64,000 nt of DNA, taken from contig OZ244931.1 of assembly GCA_965222215.1 (NCBI GenBank), positions 1,716,546 through 1,780,545 of the forward strand, written 5' to 3'. Origin of the DNA: Alphaproteobacteria bacterium (lineage in GTDB: Bacteria > Pseudomonadota > Alphaproteobacteria > UBA6615). The notes below the pieces were generated by a model. That model did no database searches, was not told the origin of the DNA, and saw only the letters and a program-made list of their open reading frames with translations. Below, one piece after another: positions 9,003 through 17,901 of this stretch (the first letter of the stretch is position 1; every line of letters starts with the position of its first letter). The translations under genes were made by a program, and so were the position numbers.

Positions 9003-11090
9003 TTAATCGGCCTCCAGCGCGGCGATAAGCGGGCGGAGTTCCGCCTCGTAAGTCTTCCAGCGTCCCATCGACGACCGATAGATCGGTTGGCGGACCTGCG
9101 CGTTGCTGCGGGTGCGGACGTTGCGCCGGGTCTTGTGGAAGTCCAGGCAGGCGGACTCCCAGCCCAGGCCACAGAAGGTGACCAGTTCGCGCGAACGCGT
9201 TTCCTGGTCTTCGATCATGTCTTCGTAGCGGACATCCAGGATCCGGCCCGGCAGGACATCGTGCCAGTGTTCCATCAGGCGTTCGTATTGCCTGTAGTAG
9301 CGCCCGAGATTGGTGAGGTCGTACGAGTAGGGATGGCTTCCCACGAAGTCTCCGAAAAAGATCGACAGGCAGGTGTCGCGCGGGTCGCGTGTGCAATGAA
9401 CGATCCTGGCGTTCGGGAACAGGGTCGCGATCAGGCCCACATGGTGAAAGTTGCCGGGCATCTTGTCGACGATCCGCGCCGCATGCGGGTCCGCGCGGCG
9501 CAGCGTCTGGAGGAATCCGGCGGCGATGCGTCTTGCGGCGTCTTCGTCCAGCCGCTCGATACAGGCGGGGTAGGGACGGGTATCGTTGAGGGATTCGCCA
9601 AGCCCGTCGGCCAGACGGAGCATGTCCTCGCGCTCTCCGGCGCCGTGCACCTTCGAATGGCTTGCGAGGATCTGCTCCACGAGCGACGTGCCCGAGCGCG
9701 GCATGCCCACGACGAAGACGGGAACGTCCGAGCTGTCGCCCCAGCCCCGGGTGCCGATGAAGTGCGAGAGGTCGAACGTCTCGCGGATATCGTCGACGTG
9801 TTTCGTGTAGGCGTCGATATCGAAGGCCACGTCCTTGAGGGCATTGCCCCTGCGCCAGTGTTCGAACCCGTCCGCGTGATCGCCGACATTGATGTGTGCC
9901 GCGCCGGCGGCCATGTGCAGCGTCGCGCGGCGTTGGGCGCCGGTCGCGGGGGAGTCCAGCATTGCCGTCAGGGCAGGGAACGCGGTGTCGGACGGCGTGA
10001 GGTCTTTCAGCGTGGCCAGCTCCCGGAGCGCGCCGGCATGGGTGGGCTCGATCGCCAGCGTGCGCCGGAGCCAGCGTTTGGCCTCGCCTGTCTGGCCCGC
10101 GTCGACGAGCGCGCGCGCGCGTCCGTAGTGGGCCTCCACCGCGCGCGGCGCGCGTTCGAGAACCGCATCGAAGTCGGCGATTGCGCGTTGGCTCTGGCCC
10201 GCGCGGTATCGCGCCCAGCCCAGCATGATCAGGGGCCGCAGCGCATCGGGAAACTCCGCATGGACGTCTTCGAGAATGCCCAGCGCGTCGTCGTGATAGG
10301 CCATGCGGCTCAGCGTCCGGGCGTATTCGCAGCGGATCTCGGGGTCGCGCGGCGCGGATTCGAGCGCCTTTTCCTGCCAGCCCTTCGCGGCAAGGAACAT
10401 GTCGCTCTCGAACGCGAGCCGCCCGAGCGCACGCAGCGGCCTGGCGTCGTCGGGCCGGGCTTCGTGCGCCTGCTCGTAAAACTCTTTCGCCAGGCCCGAA
10501 TTGGCCTTTTTCTCATGCCGGCGGGCCATTCGCATGGCGAAGAGGTGCCTGTGCTTCCGGCTGCCGGCGGAGAGCGAAAGCACCGCGGTCGTCCAGTTCA
10601 CGAGGCGGGTCTCGATGCGCAGGCGAAGTTGCGTCGCGACGTGGCGCCTCAGCAGACGGAGGGCTTCCGCCTGCACCTGCTTTGCCTCCTCGATGCTCCC
10701 CGACGCCTTCAGGCAAACAGCGAGGCCGAAAGCCGCTTCGTGTGAAGCCGGATCCAGAAGACGGGCGGCCTCGAAATGGCTTTGTGCCGCGCCGGCATCG
10801 GAAAATTTCAGGTAGGCCTGCCCCAGCGCCACCCGGTACGGCGCATGACCGCGGCGCATGGCGACAGCCTTTTCGAGATACCGGACCGCCGTTTCCACAT
10901 GGCGGTTGCGCATGGCGGCCAGACCCATGAGGAACCAGGCATCCGGTTGTTCCGGATGCGATTTCACGATCGTGTTGCAGGTATCTTCCGCGTCTCCGAA
11001 GCGTCCGCGCTGCATGGCCTCGCGGGCGTCCCGGATGAGTTCCGCCAGGGTCTTGCTCTCGTTTGCCGCATCGAGCGTCACCGTATCCAT
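9003..11090 (-). CDS. TPR-repeat protein fused to C-terminal sulfotransferase domain
   Basis: Multiple 34-aa TPR-like repeats in N-terminal 450 aa; C-terminal GMPRSGTSL (PAPS 5'-phosphosulfate binding loop) plus RDPRD sulfotransferase motif. Confidence 0.7.
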   Translation of the reverse strand: MDTVTLDAANESKTLAELIRDAREAMQRGRFGDAEDTCNTIVKSHPEQPDAWFLMGLAAMRNRHVETAVRYLEKAVAMRRGHAPYRVALGQAYLKFSDAGAAQSHFEAARLLDPASHEAAFGLAVCLKASGSIEEAKQVQAEALRLLRRHVATQLRLRIETRLVNWTTAVLSLSAGSRKHRHLFAMRMARRHEKKANSGLAKEFYEQAHEARPDDARPLRALGRLAFESDMFLAAKGWQEKALESAPRDPEIRCEYARTLSRMAYHDDALGILEDVHAEFPDALRPLIMLGWARYRAGQSQRAIADFDAVLERAPRAVEAHYGRARALVDAGQTGEAKRWLRRTLAIEPTHAGALRELATLKDLTPSDTAFPALTAMLDSPATGAQRRATLHMAAGAAHINVGDHADGFEHWRRGNALKDVAFDIDAYTKHVDDIRETFDLSHFIGTRGWGDSSDVPVFVVGMPRSGTSLVEQILASHSKVHGAGEREDMLRLADGLGESLNDTRPYPACIERLDEDAARRIAAGFLQTLRRADPHAARIVDKMPGNFHHVGLIATLFPNARIVHCTRDPRDTCLSIFFGDFVGSHPYSYDLTNLGRYYRQYERLMEHWHDVLPGRILDVRYEDMIEDQETRSRELVTFCGLGWESACLDFHKTRRNVRTRSNAQVRQPIYRSSMGRWKTYEAELRPLIAALEAD

Positions 11091-11215
11091 CGGTCGTCTC
11101 TCCGGTGGTTGTCGGGCGCGAACAACTCGCCGGATGTCCGCATTGGGACATGACGGTAACGGAACGGATGGAACTACGGTCGATTTTCGTGAGTGATTTT
11201 AAGGACTTGTCTGTC

Positions 11216-11238
11216 CGAAAAAGATCGAATTTCGATCT
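11216..11238 (-). terminator. Intrinsic terminator after mazG: perfect palindrome AGATCGAAATTCGATCT flanked by A-run/T-run (bidirectional)
   Basis: Seen in sequence directly after mazG TAG stop; flanked by aaaaag / attttttcg. Confidence 0.6.
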
Positions 11239-12040
11239 ATTTTTTCGCGGCCTGCCAGCGGCGTTCGTATTCCTCGATATCGACATCGCGCAGATCCAGG
11301 GAATCCTCGCGCAGGGACTGCTCGACCTTGCGGAAGCGATTGTCGAATTTCGCGTTGGTGCCGCGCAGGGCGAATTCGGGATCGATCTTCAAGTGCCGGG
11401 CGAGGTTCACGCACGAGAACAGGACATCGCCCATCTCGTCCGTGAGGCGTTCGGCGTTTGCGCCGTCGCGCATTTCGGCTTTCAGCTCACCGAGTTCTTC
11501 GTCGATCTTTTCGATGACGGGCCCGACGTTCGCCCAGTCGAACCCGACGCGCGCGGCGCGCTTCTGCAGTTTCTCCGCACGCGTGAGCGCGGGAAGGGCC
11601 ACGGGCACGTCGTCCAGTGCGCTGGGCGCGACGCCGGATTTTCGCGCCTTCGCGGCGCGTTCGCCGGCTTTCTGGTTTTCCCAGGTCTCGCGCAGCGACG
11701 CCTCGCTGTCGTGGTTTTCGCGGTCGAACACATGCGGATGACGGCGGATCAGTTTGTCGGCGATCGCGCCGGCCACATCCTCGAAATCGAATGACTTTTC
11801 TTCCTCGGCCATGCGCGCATGAAAGACGACCTGGAGCAGCAGGTCGCCGAGCTCTTCGCGGAGCGCATCCCGGTCTTCGCGTTCGATAGCGTCGGCGACC
11901 TCGTAGGCCTCCTCGACCGTGTAAGGCGCGATCGACTTGAAATCCTGCTCCACATCCCAGGGGCAGCCGTTCTCCGGGTCACGCAGGCGCGCCATGACGT
12001 CGAGAAGGCGGTCGATATTCCGTTGTGCCATGGCGACCAT
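11237..12040 (-). CDS. mazG: Nucleoside triphosphate pyrophosphohydrolase MazG
   Basis: Tandem MazG domains with EEAYEVADAIE / ELGDLLLQVVFHA motifs. Confidence 0.9.
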   Translation of the reverse strand: MVAMAQRNIDRLLDVMARLRDPENGCPWDVEQDFKSIAPYTVEEAYEVADAIEREDRDALREELGDLLLQVVFHARMAEEEKSFDFEDVAGAIADKLIRRHPHVFDRENHDSEASLRETWENQKAGERAAKARKSGVAPSALDDVPVALPALTRAEKLQKRAARVGFDWANVGPVIEKIDEELGELKAEMRDGANAERLTDEMGDVLFSCVNLARHLKIDPEFALRGTNAKFDNRFRKVEQSLREDSLDLRDVDIEEYERRWQAAKK

Positions 12041-12205
12041 CCGGCGCTCGGGTTTTGGAGGGGCGTCCCGTGTAGCGCCGGCTCCCGAGTCAATTCAAAG
12101 TAAGTGAATGCGTGCGATGCCTCGTCTAGCGCGCGGGCAACCGGGACCCCGCCATCTCCGCACGGTAACGCGACAGGCGCACCGCAGGCACCGGATCGCC
12201 GTTTT

Positions 12206-13639
12206 CTAGAGCAGGTTCCGGACGGTACTCGACGCGGGAATCTCGCTGCCCATCACATAGGCTTCGTGATTTTCTTCGATGCGCGTGCGGTCGTAGAGAT
12301 AGTTCACCATCATGCCGGCCGCCTGCTGGAAGCCTTTCTCGGACGTGTCGCCGAGCCAGTTGATGCGCTCGATCCGCGCGCCGTTGCTCAGGTGGAAATG
12401 CGCGACCGGATCCAGTGCCGTGCCGGTTGCTTCACGCCTCTGGTAGAGCAGATATCCGGCGGCAAGATGTAGCAGCACCGGCTTCAACGCTTCCGCGATT
12501 GCAGGATCGTTGTGCCAGTCGGGCCGGTCGAGCAGGGCCTGCAAGACGTGAGTGCCTTCCTCCAGCTCTCCAGCCACCGCGAGCAGCGACTCTTCCTGTT
12601 CGTGATTGAGCAGGTCGGCGCCCTCGGCGATCCGCCCATCGAGCCAACGCCGGAATCCGGGAATGGGAGACAGCGTGGAGAAGGTTTTCACGTTCGGCAG
12701 GCGCGCCGAGAGCCGCTCGACGACCTGCTTGATGAGGAAGTCGCCGAAGCTGACCCCCGACAGGCCCCGCTGGGCATTGGAGATCGAGTAGAAGATCGCC
12801 GTGTCGGCCTGTTCCGGGTCCGCGACAGGCGCGGATTCGTCGAGGAGTGCCTGAACGTTGTCTGCGATCCCGTTGACCAGCGCCACCTCGACGAAGATCA
12901 GCGGCTCGTCGGGCATCGACGGATGGAAGAACGCAAAGAACCGGCGGTCTGATTCCAGCCGGTTTTTCATGTCGTTCCAGGATCGGATTTCGTGCACGGC
13001 CTCATACGCGATCAGCTTCTCGAGCAAATCCGCCGGCGCAGCCCAGGTGATCCGGTGGAGGACGAGGAAGCCGGCGTCGAACCAGCCCGCCAAGAGGAAC
13101 TTCAGGTCGTCTTCCAAGGGCCGCAGGTCGCTATTGTCGCGCAGCATCTCGCGCAGGTCGGCGCGCAGGTCGACAAGGAACTTGATGCCGTGATCCAGTC
13201 CGATGAACTGCCGGAACAGTTTCATTCGCGGCGATTCGAGCTTGTTCCGCAACGCGTTAAGCGCGCGGCCGTAGGCTGCGGGGTCGTCCGCGGCTTCGCG
13301 CACCGCCGTCATGGCCGGCTCCAGATGCGCCGGTTCGATTCCATACTCGTGGGTCAGGAGACGATAGAAACGCAGCCGGCCTTCGGCGTTCAGATCCAGG
13401 AAACAGCGTGCCAGTTCGGTGGCGTTGGACCGCGCCGCGGCTTCGCCACCACGCCCGGAAAGGCTGGCGTCGATCTGCTGTTGAAGCCGCGCCAGGTCGT
13501 CGTCGGGGAGATCCGGTCTGACGTTCAGGCCATTTCGGCTGGAGCGGGTGGTCGCACCGTCCACGACGTCGCGCAGCGCGCGCCGAAGAATGTCACGTGT
13601 GCGGCCGAGAAAACTGCTGGAAACTGTGGTATCGCTCAT
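12206..13639 (-). CDS. Malonyl-CoA decarboxylase (MatA/MCD family)
   Basis: MCD signature FYSISNAQRGLSGVSFGDFLIKQV; start set at ATG 13639 (MSDTTVSS); the ORF-track N-terminal extension is Arg-rich junk overlapping the divergent SDR gene. Confidence 0.75.
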   Translation of the reverse strand: MSDTTVSSSFLGRTRDILRRALRDVVDGATTRSSRNGLNVRPDLPDDDLARLQQQIDASLSGRGGEAAARSNATELARCFLDLNAEGRLRFYRLLTHEYGIEPAHLEPAMTAVREAADDPAAYGRALNALRNKLESPRMKLFRQFIGLDHGIKFLVDLRADLREMLRDNSDLRPLEDDLKFLLAGWFDAGFLVLHRITWAAPADLLEKLIAYEAVHEIRSWNDMKNRLESDRRFFAFFHPSMPDEPLIFVEVALVNGIADNVQALLDESAPVADPEQADTAIFYSISNAQRGLSGVSFGDFLIKQVVERLSARLPNVKTFSTLSPIPGFRRWLDGRIAEGADLLNHEQEESLLAVAGELEEGTHVLQALLDRPDWHNDPAIAEALKPVLLHLAAGYLLYQRREATGTALDPVAHFHLSNGARIERINWLGDTSEKGFQQAAGMMVNYLYDRTRIEENHEAYVMGSEIPASSTVRNLL

Positions 13640-13791
13640 GACGAGCGGACTTTGGCGAAGGGGCGGCTTGGAAGCAACCTCGGGATTTGGAAATTTTTGT
13701 GATTTTTGCGTGATTTTCCACTTTTCACGCCAATGTAAGAAACAGGGCCGGTGTTTCACCGGAAAAGGCAGTACCAGGGGGACAGGAAGCA

Positions 13792-14493
13792 ATGTCTGAC
13801 AAGGAAATCGCGCTGATTGTGGGCGCAGGCGAAGGTTTGAGTGCATCGCTGGCACGTCTGTGCGCGGCACAGGGGATGGACGTCGCCGTGTCGGCGCGAA
13901 ATCCCGACAAATTGTCGGACCTGTGCGCCGAGACCGGCGCAAAAGCGTATGCCTGCGACGTGATCGATGGCGCATCCGTCGACGCCATGTTCGATTCGGT
14001 GGTTTCGGATATGGGTGTGCCGAACCTTGTGGTTTTCAACCCGAGCGCGCGGGCACGCGGGCCGATTACCGAACTCGATCGCGAAGAGGTCAAGCGCGCC
14101 GTCCTGATCACCGCATGGGGCGGGTTCGTTGTGGCCCAGAAGGCTGCGCAACTCATGCTTGAGCGCGGCAGCGGCACGATCCTGTTCACCGGTGCGTCCG
14201 CGAGCGTGAAGGGCTATCCGAATTCCTCGTCCTTCGCGATCGGCAAGTTCGGCCTGCGCGGCCTCGCGCAGTCAATGGCGCGCGAGTTGCAGCCGCAGAA
14301 CATCCACATCGGTCATTTCGTGATCGACGGGGGCATCGAGAAAAAATCAGGCGATCCGCGCGCCGCGGACCGGGGCGATGACGGCATGCTGGATCCCGAT
14401 GCGATCGCAGAGACCTACCTGCATGTCCACCGCCAGCATCGCAGTGCCTGGACGTGGGAGATCGAGATGCGGCCCTGGGTGGAGAAGTTCTAG
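13792..14493 (+). CDS. Short-chain dehydrogenase/reductase (SDR) family oxidoreductase
   Basis: TGASASVKGY...K active-site region and N-terminal Gly-rich NAD(P) binding loop IVGAGEGLSAS. Confidence 0.75.
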   Translation: MSDKEIALIVGAGEGLSASLARLCAAQGMDVAVSARNPDKLSDLCAETGAKAYACDVIDGASVDAMFDSVVSDMGVPNLVVFNPSARARGPITELDREEVKRAVLITAWGGFVVAQKAAQLMLERGSGTILFTGASASVKGYPNSSSFAIGKFGLRGLAQSMARELQPQNIHIGHFVIDGGIEKKSGDPRAADRGDDGMLDPDAIAETYLHVHRQHRSAWTWEIEMRPWVEKF

Positions 14494-14509
14494 CGTTCCA
14501 ATGCGGATC

Positions 14510-14785
14510 GCACTGCTTCGGGCGTTGCGCGGCGGCGTGATGGCCGTGTTTGCCCTGTTCGTGGCCGCGTTTGTCGGCCTGAGCGTCTACGCGGTCTTGC
14601 AGTTCGGGTTTTGGTGGCCTGGTCTTTTGGGCGTGGGCAAAAGCATGCACCTCGTTTTTGCGGCGCTGACGCTATTGCCGTTTCTGCTGTTGTTCACCCG
14701 GCTGAACTGGTCCCGCCCGATCGGATGGCTGGCGGCGCAATTCAACCGCCTGGTCGAGCCGATCGACAGGGCGATCGAACGCTAG
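14510..14785 (+). CDS. Small hypothetical membrane protein (about 91 aa, 2-3 TM helices)
   Basis: Internal ATG of ORF 14378..14785; hydrophobic segments; no clear RBS. Confidence 0.4.
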   Translation, partial: ALLRALRGGVMAVFALFVAAFVGLSVYAVLQFGFWWPGLLGVGKSMHLVFAALTLLPFLLLFTRLNWSRPIGWLAAQFNRLVEPIDRAIER

Positions 14786-15201
14786 ACGAATTCGATCGTG
14801 GCAATCGCAAAAGCTGTCTTGAAGGTGTCGCACCACACGACCACGCTGCCCCAGTCACGCACATTCACGCCGGCGGGCACCGAATAGTTCTGTGTGCCGG
14901 TGAGGGCCTGGAGTTTTCCCAGCGAGGTGAACCCGGCCGTCACGTCTTCGGGGAATAGCGGGTCCGGCTCCTTCACCAGATAAACGAAGAGGTTGGGGCC
15001 GGGGACGATCTCCATATCGATCATGTTCACCACGAACTGTCGCCCCGGCTTTCCCGAAATCGAAAGCATGCCCGACCCGCGATGAACCGGATCGCCGTCG
15101 CGGAAATTCCCCGTCGCGATCACCGGTGTGCCCCCGGCGTGTGCAAAGGCAGGGACCGCTGTGAACGCCGCCGCCGAGCCCAGGAAAGTCCTGCGTCGCA
15201 T
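14782..15201 (-). CDS. Tat-secreted DM13-domain protein
   Basis: Twin-arginine signal MRRRTFLGSAAAFTAVPAFA; DM13-like pattern GNFRDGDPVHRGSG...GPNLFVYL; start overlaps upstream stop (TGATG). Confidence 0.6.
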   Translation of the reverse strand: MRRRTFLGSAAAFTAVPAFAHAGGTPVIATGNFRDGDPVHRGSGMLSISGKPGRQFVVNMIDMEIVPGPNLFVYLVKEPDPLFPEDVTAGFTSLGKLQALTGTQNYSVPAGVNVRDWGSVVVWCDTFKTAFAIATIEFV

Positions 15202-16208
15202 CAGGCGTCTGCGTTCGGAAGGATAACGACCTTGCCGCTACGCTCGCCCCGCATGGCGTGGGCGACCGCTTCCTTGATTTTTGCAAGCGGATAGGTGGCT
15301 TCGACGGCCGCGTGCATGCGTCCCTCGGCGATATAGCCGGCCAGTTCGCCGTACACCGCGGCCCGCTCTTCCGGCGTCGAATATTTGCGCAGCCAGAGCG
15401 TGAGCCACACACCCGTCAGTGTGATTTCGCGGAAGATGATGTCGTCGGGCAGCAGTTTGCACGGTTCGCCCGACAGCAGGCCGTAATTCGCGATCGTGCC
15501 GCCATCGGCCAGGCAGTCGGCAAGATGCTGGGTGGCATCGCTGGCGACGGCGTCGATGGCAAGCTTGATCGGTGCGCCGTCCGTCGCGGCCTTCACCCGT
15601 TCGCCAAGGTCGGGCCCGTCGACGGCGCACACATCGCCGCCCGCCTTCGCAATGAAGTCTTCCAGTCCCGGCCGGCGAACGACGTTGACGGTCTTCAGCC
15701 CGTAGATTTTCGCCAGCTGCATCGTGTACTGGCCGACCGCCGAGTTGGCCGCATTCTGGATCACCCAGTCGCCGGGTTCCAGGTCGACCACGCTCTTGAG
15801 GAGGAGCCAGGCCGTCGGCGGGTTGGCCATGATCATGGCCATCTGTATCGGGTCGCCTTCGTCGGGAAAGGTGACAGCGATTGTGTCGGCCTTGACCACG
15901 ACCTGTTGCCGCCAGGTGCCGGAGTAGGGCGGGATCATGACCCGGTCGCCGGGTTTCACGTTGGTCACGTCTTTGCCAACCGCCCCGATGATCCCGATGC
16001 CCTCGGCACCGGGGACGGCCGGCAGGTCCGGCTGGACGCCGTAGCCGCCCGAAAGCGTCAGGAGGTGGGACGGATTGATCGCCGCCGCTTCGACGTCGAT
16101 CAGTGCCTCGTCGTCGCCGACAGGCGCCGTCTCCATGTCCACCAGTTCAACCACATCGGGCGGGTGCCCGGTCCGGGCGAACCGGACCGCCTTCTTCACG
16201 TCACTCAT
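15201..16208 (-). CDS. MDR-superfamily NAD(P)H-dependent oxidoreductase (quinone oxidoreductase / enoyl reductase-like)
   Basis: GroES-like N-domain plus Rossmann AANSAVGQY motif; 335 aa. Confidence 0.75.
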   Translation of the reverse strand: MSDVKKAVRFARTGHPPDVVELVDMETAPVGDDEALIDVEAAAINPSHLLTLSGGYGVQPDLPAVPGAEGIGIIGAVGKDVTNVKPGDRVMIPPYSGTWRQQVVVKADTIAVTFPDEGDPIQMAMIMANPPTAWLLLKSVVDLEPGDWVIQNAANSAVGQYTMQLAKIYGLKTVNVVRRPGLEDFIAKAGGDVCAVDGPDLGERVKAATDGAPIKLAIDAVASDATQHLADCLADGGTIANYGLLSGEPCKLLPDDIIFREITLTGVWLTLWLRKYSTPEERAAVYGELAGYIAEGRMHAAVEATYPLAKIKEAVAHAMRGERSGKVVILPNADA

Positions 16209-16232
16209 GTTTTGCGGACTCCTGAAAGCCGG

Positions 16233-16574
16233 TCAGGCGGCGGATTTGATCTCGCCCTGTTCGTTGTCGACGATCACGGGTGTTTCGAAGATCGCTATTT
16301 CCGGGTCGGCGCCGCACAGCTCGCGAATGGCTTCGCGCCAGGGGCCGCCCTCGGCATAGACCTTCTCGGCCGCTTCACGGCTTTCCCATGTGTACACGCC
16401 GCCGCGAATGCCGCGCTCGCCGTCGTACAGGAAGTTCTTGCGGATCAGCCCCGCCATGCCTTCGAACTTGCCGGCGGCCGACTTAATGTGAGCGATCACG
16501 TCGTCGCGCGAAGCGCCCTGCGTCACGTTGAACTGAACGATGGCTGTAATCATCTGGGTCGGCTTCCTGCTCAC
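16233..16574 (-). CDS. YdhR-like (ABM/Dabb-fold putative monooxygenase) protein, paralog 1
   Basis: About 106-aa core; near-identical C-terminal half to paralog 2 (GGVYTWESREAAEKVYAEGGPWREAIR...PVIVDNEQGEIKSAA); likely true start is internal ATG (MITAIVQ). Confidence 0.65.
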   Translation of the reverse strand: MSRKPTQMITAIVQFNVTQGASRDDVIAHIKSAAGKFEGMAGLIRKNFLYDGERGIRGGVYTWESREAAEKVYAEGGPWREAIRELCGADPEIAIFETPVIVDNEQGEIKSAA

Positions 16575-16891
16575 GCGGCGGATTTAATCTCGCCTTGCTC
16601 GTTGTCGACGATCACCGGTGTGTCGAAGATCGTGATATCGGGGTCAACGCCGTAAAGATTGCGGATGGCCTCGCGCCAGGGTCCGCCTTCGGCATAGACC
16701 TTCTCGGCCGCTTCCCGGCTTTCCCAGGTGTAGACCCCGCCGCCGACGCCGCGCTCTCCGTCGAATACGAAGTTCTTGCGGATCAGGCCCGGCATGCCTT
16801 CGAACTTGGGCGCGACATTCTTCATGTTGGTGAACACCTCGTCGCGGGTCGTGCCGTCTTTGACTTTGAACTGGACAAGCGCGGTAATCAT
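16571..16891 (-). CDS. YdhR-like (ABM/Dabb-fold putative monooxygenase) protein, paralog 2
   Basis: Tandem duplicate of the downstream gene; stop overlaps start of paralog 1. Confidence 0.65.
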   Translation of the reverse strand: MITALVQFKVKDGTTRDEVFTNMKNVAPKFEGMPGLIRKNFVFDGERGVGGGVYTWESREAAEKVYAEGGPWREAIRNLYGVDPDITIFDTPVIVDNEQGEIKSAA

Positions 16892-17037
16892 CGGTGTTGT
16901 CTCCGGCTAGGATTTCAGTTTGGTGGGCATCTTGCGGCATTCGCGTGGCTCGTACAACCAAACGCCCCGTCCGGAGCCGCGTTTTGACAACCTTCGAAAG
17001 CCGACGGCCCGCTTGGCTCACGGGAAACCTCCAGGGC

Positions 17038-17898
17038 ATGGCGTGGATGCTGACCACGGCTGTCCTGATTGTCACCATGCACACCATGATCCGGCACCTT
17101 GCCGATCAGGGCATGCACCCGTTCGAGATCGGATTTTTTCGTACTTTCTTTGGAATGCCGGTGGTGGTTGTCCTGTTCTTGAAATACGGACCGGACTTGC
17201 TGCGCACCGACCAGCTTAAGGTTCATGGAATCCGCTCGTTCGGCCATGTGGTGGCGATGATGATGTTTTTTCTCGGGCTGTCGATGACGCCGCTGGCAAC
17301 GGCGAATGCGCTGGCGTTCACGGCCCCTTTGTTCGCCGCGGTTCTTGCGGTCCTGGTGCTCGGCGAGACGTTCCGCTGGCGGCGCTCGCTCGCGCTGCTC
17401 TTTGGGTTTGCCGGGACGCTGGTCATCATTCGCCCGGGTTTCGTGGATGTGGGGCTCGGGCCGATCCTCGTGGTGGCGTCGTCCTTCATCTGGGGCGTCA
17501 TCCTGATCGTGATCAAGTCGCTGGGCAAACGTGACGCGACGCCGACGATCGTGACCTACATGGTCCTGCTGATGTCGCCGCTCGCGCTCATCCCGGCGCT
17601 GTTTGTCTGGCAGTGGCCGACCCTGGAGCAGTACGCAATCCTGCTGGTGATGGGCACGATGGGGACCGTGGCGCATCTGACGCTCACCCAGGCACTTCGG
17701 GTGGGCGAGGCTGTGGTGGTTATGCCCATGGACTTCTTCAAGCTTGTCTGGGCCGCGACGCTCGGTTTTCTGATCTTCGGTGAATTGCCGGATATCTATA
17801 CGTGGATCGGCGGCATCATGATCTTTGCGAGCGCAACCTATATAGCTCTCAGAGAACGCGCGGTGAGCCGCGCGCGCCAGCAATTACCGAGAGCGTAG
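17038..17898 (+). CDS. EamA/DMT-family transporter (10 TM)
   Basis: Two EamA-type repeats; start placed at internal ATG (MAWMLTTAV) since ORF-track N-terminus is non-hydrophobic; 3-nt gap to type III PKS gene. Confidence 0.7.
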   Translation: MAWMLTTAVLIVTMHTMIRHLADQGMHPFEIGFFRTFFGMPVVVVLFLKYGPDLLRTDQLKVHGIRSFGHVVAMMMFFLGLSMTPLATANALAFTAPLFAAVLAVLVLGETFRWRRSLALLFGFAGTLVIIRPGFVDVGLGPILVVASSFIWGVILIVIKSLGKRDATPTIVTYMVLLMSPLALIPALFVWQWPTLEQYAILLVMGTMGTVAHLTLTQALRVGEAVVVMPMDFFKLVWAATLGFLIFGELPDIYTWIGGIMIFASATYIALRERAVSRARQQLPRA

Positions 17899-17901
17899 AC
17901 C

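Larger units (their letters stand above)
16233..16891 (-). repeat. Tandem direct duplication (about 330 bp unit, roughly 85% nt identity) encoding the two YdhR-like paralogs
   Basis: Long identical nucleotide runs, e.g. cttctcggccgcttc, ggctttccca, gaagttcttgcggatcag, catgccttcgaactt, in both units. Confidence 0.8.

Noticed and set aside
9087-10745. 552-aa plus-strand ORF antisense to the TPR-sulfotransferase gene
   Set aside because: Typical high-GC antisense open frame. Translation is Arg/Ala/Gly-rich with no domain pattern, and the sense strand has strong TPR and sulfotransferase motifs.
13640-13975. N-terminal 110-aa extension of the malonyl-CoA decarboxylase ORF in the six-frame track
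   Set aside because: Arg/Pro-rich, overlaps the divergent SDR gene start and its promoter. The conserved MCD N-terminus begins at the internal ATG 13639.
15258-16655. 465-aa plus-strand ORF spanning the MDR reductase and YdhR-like genes in antisense
   Set aside because: Crosses two independently supported minus-strand genes. Composition-driven open frame (GC-rich third position on opposite strand).
16894-17037. N-terminal 48-aa extension of the first EamA transporter ORF
   Set aside because: Hydrophilic Arg-rich segment preceding the first TM helix and lying in the divergent intergenic region. The internal ATG (MAWMLTTAV) gives the canonical EamA N-terminus.
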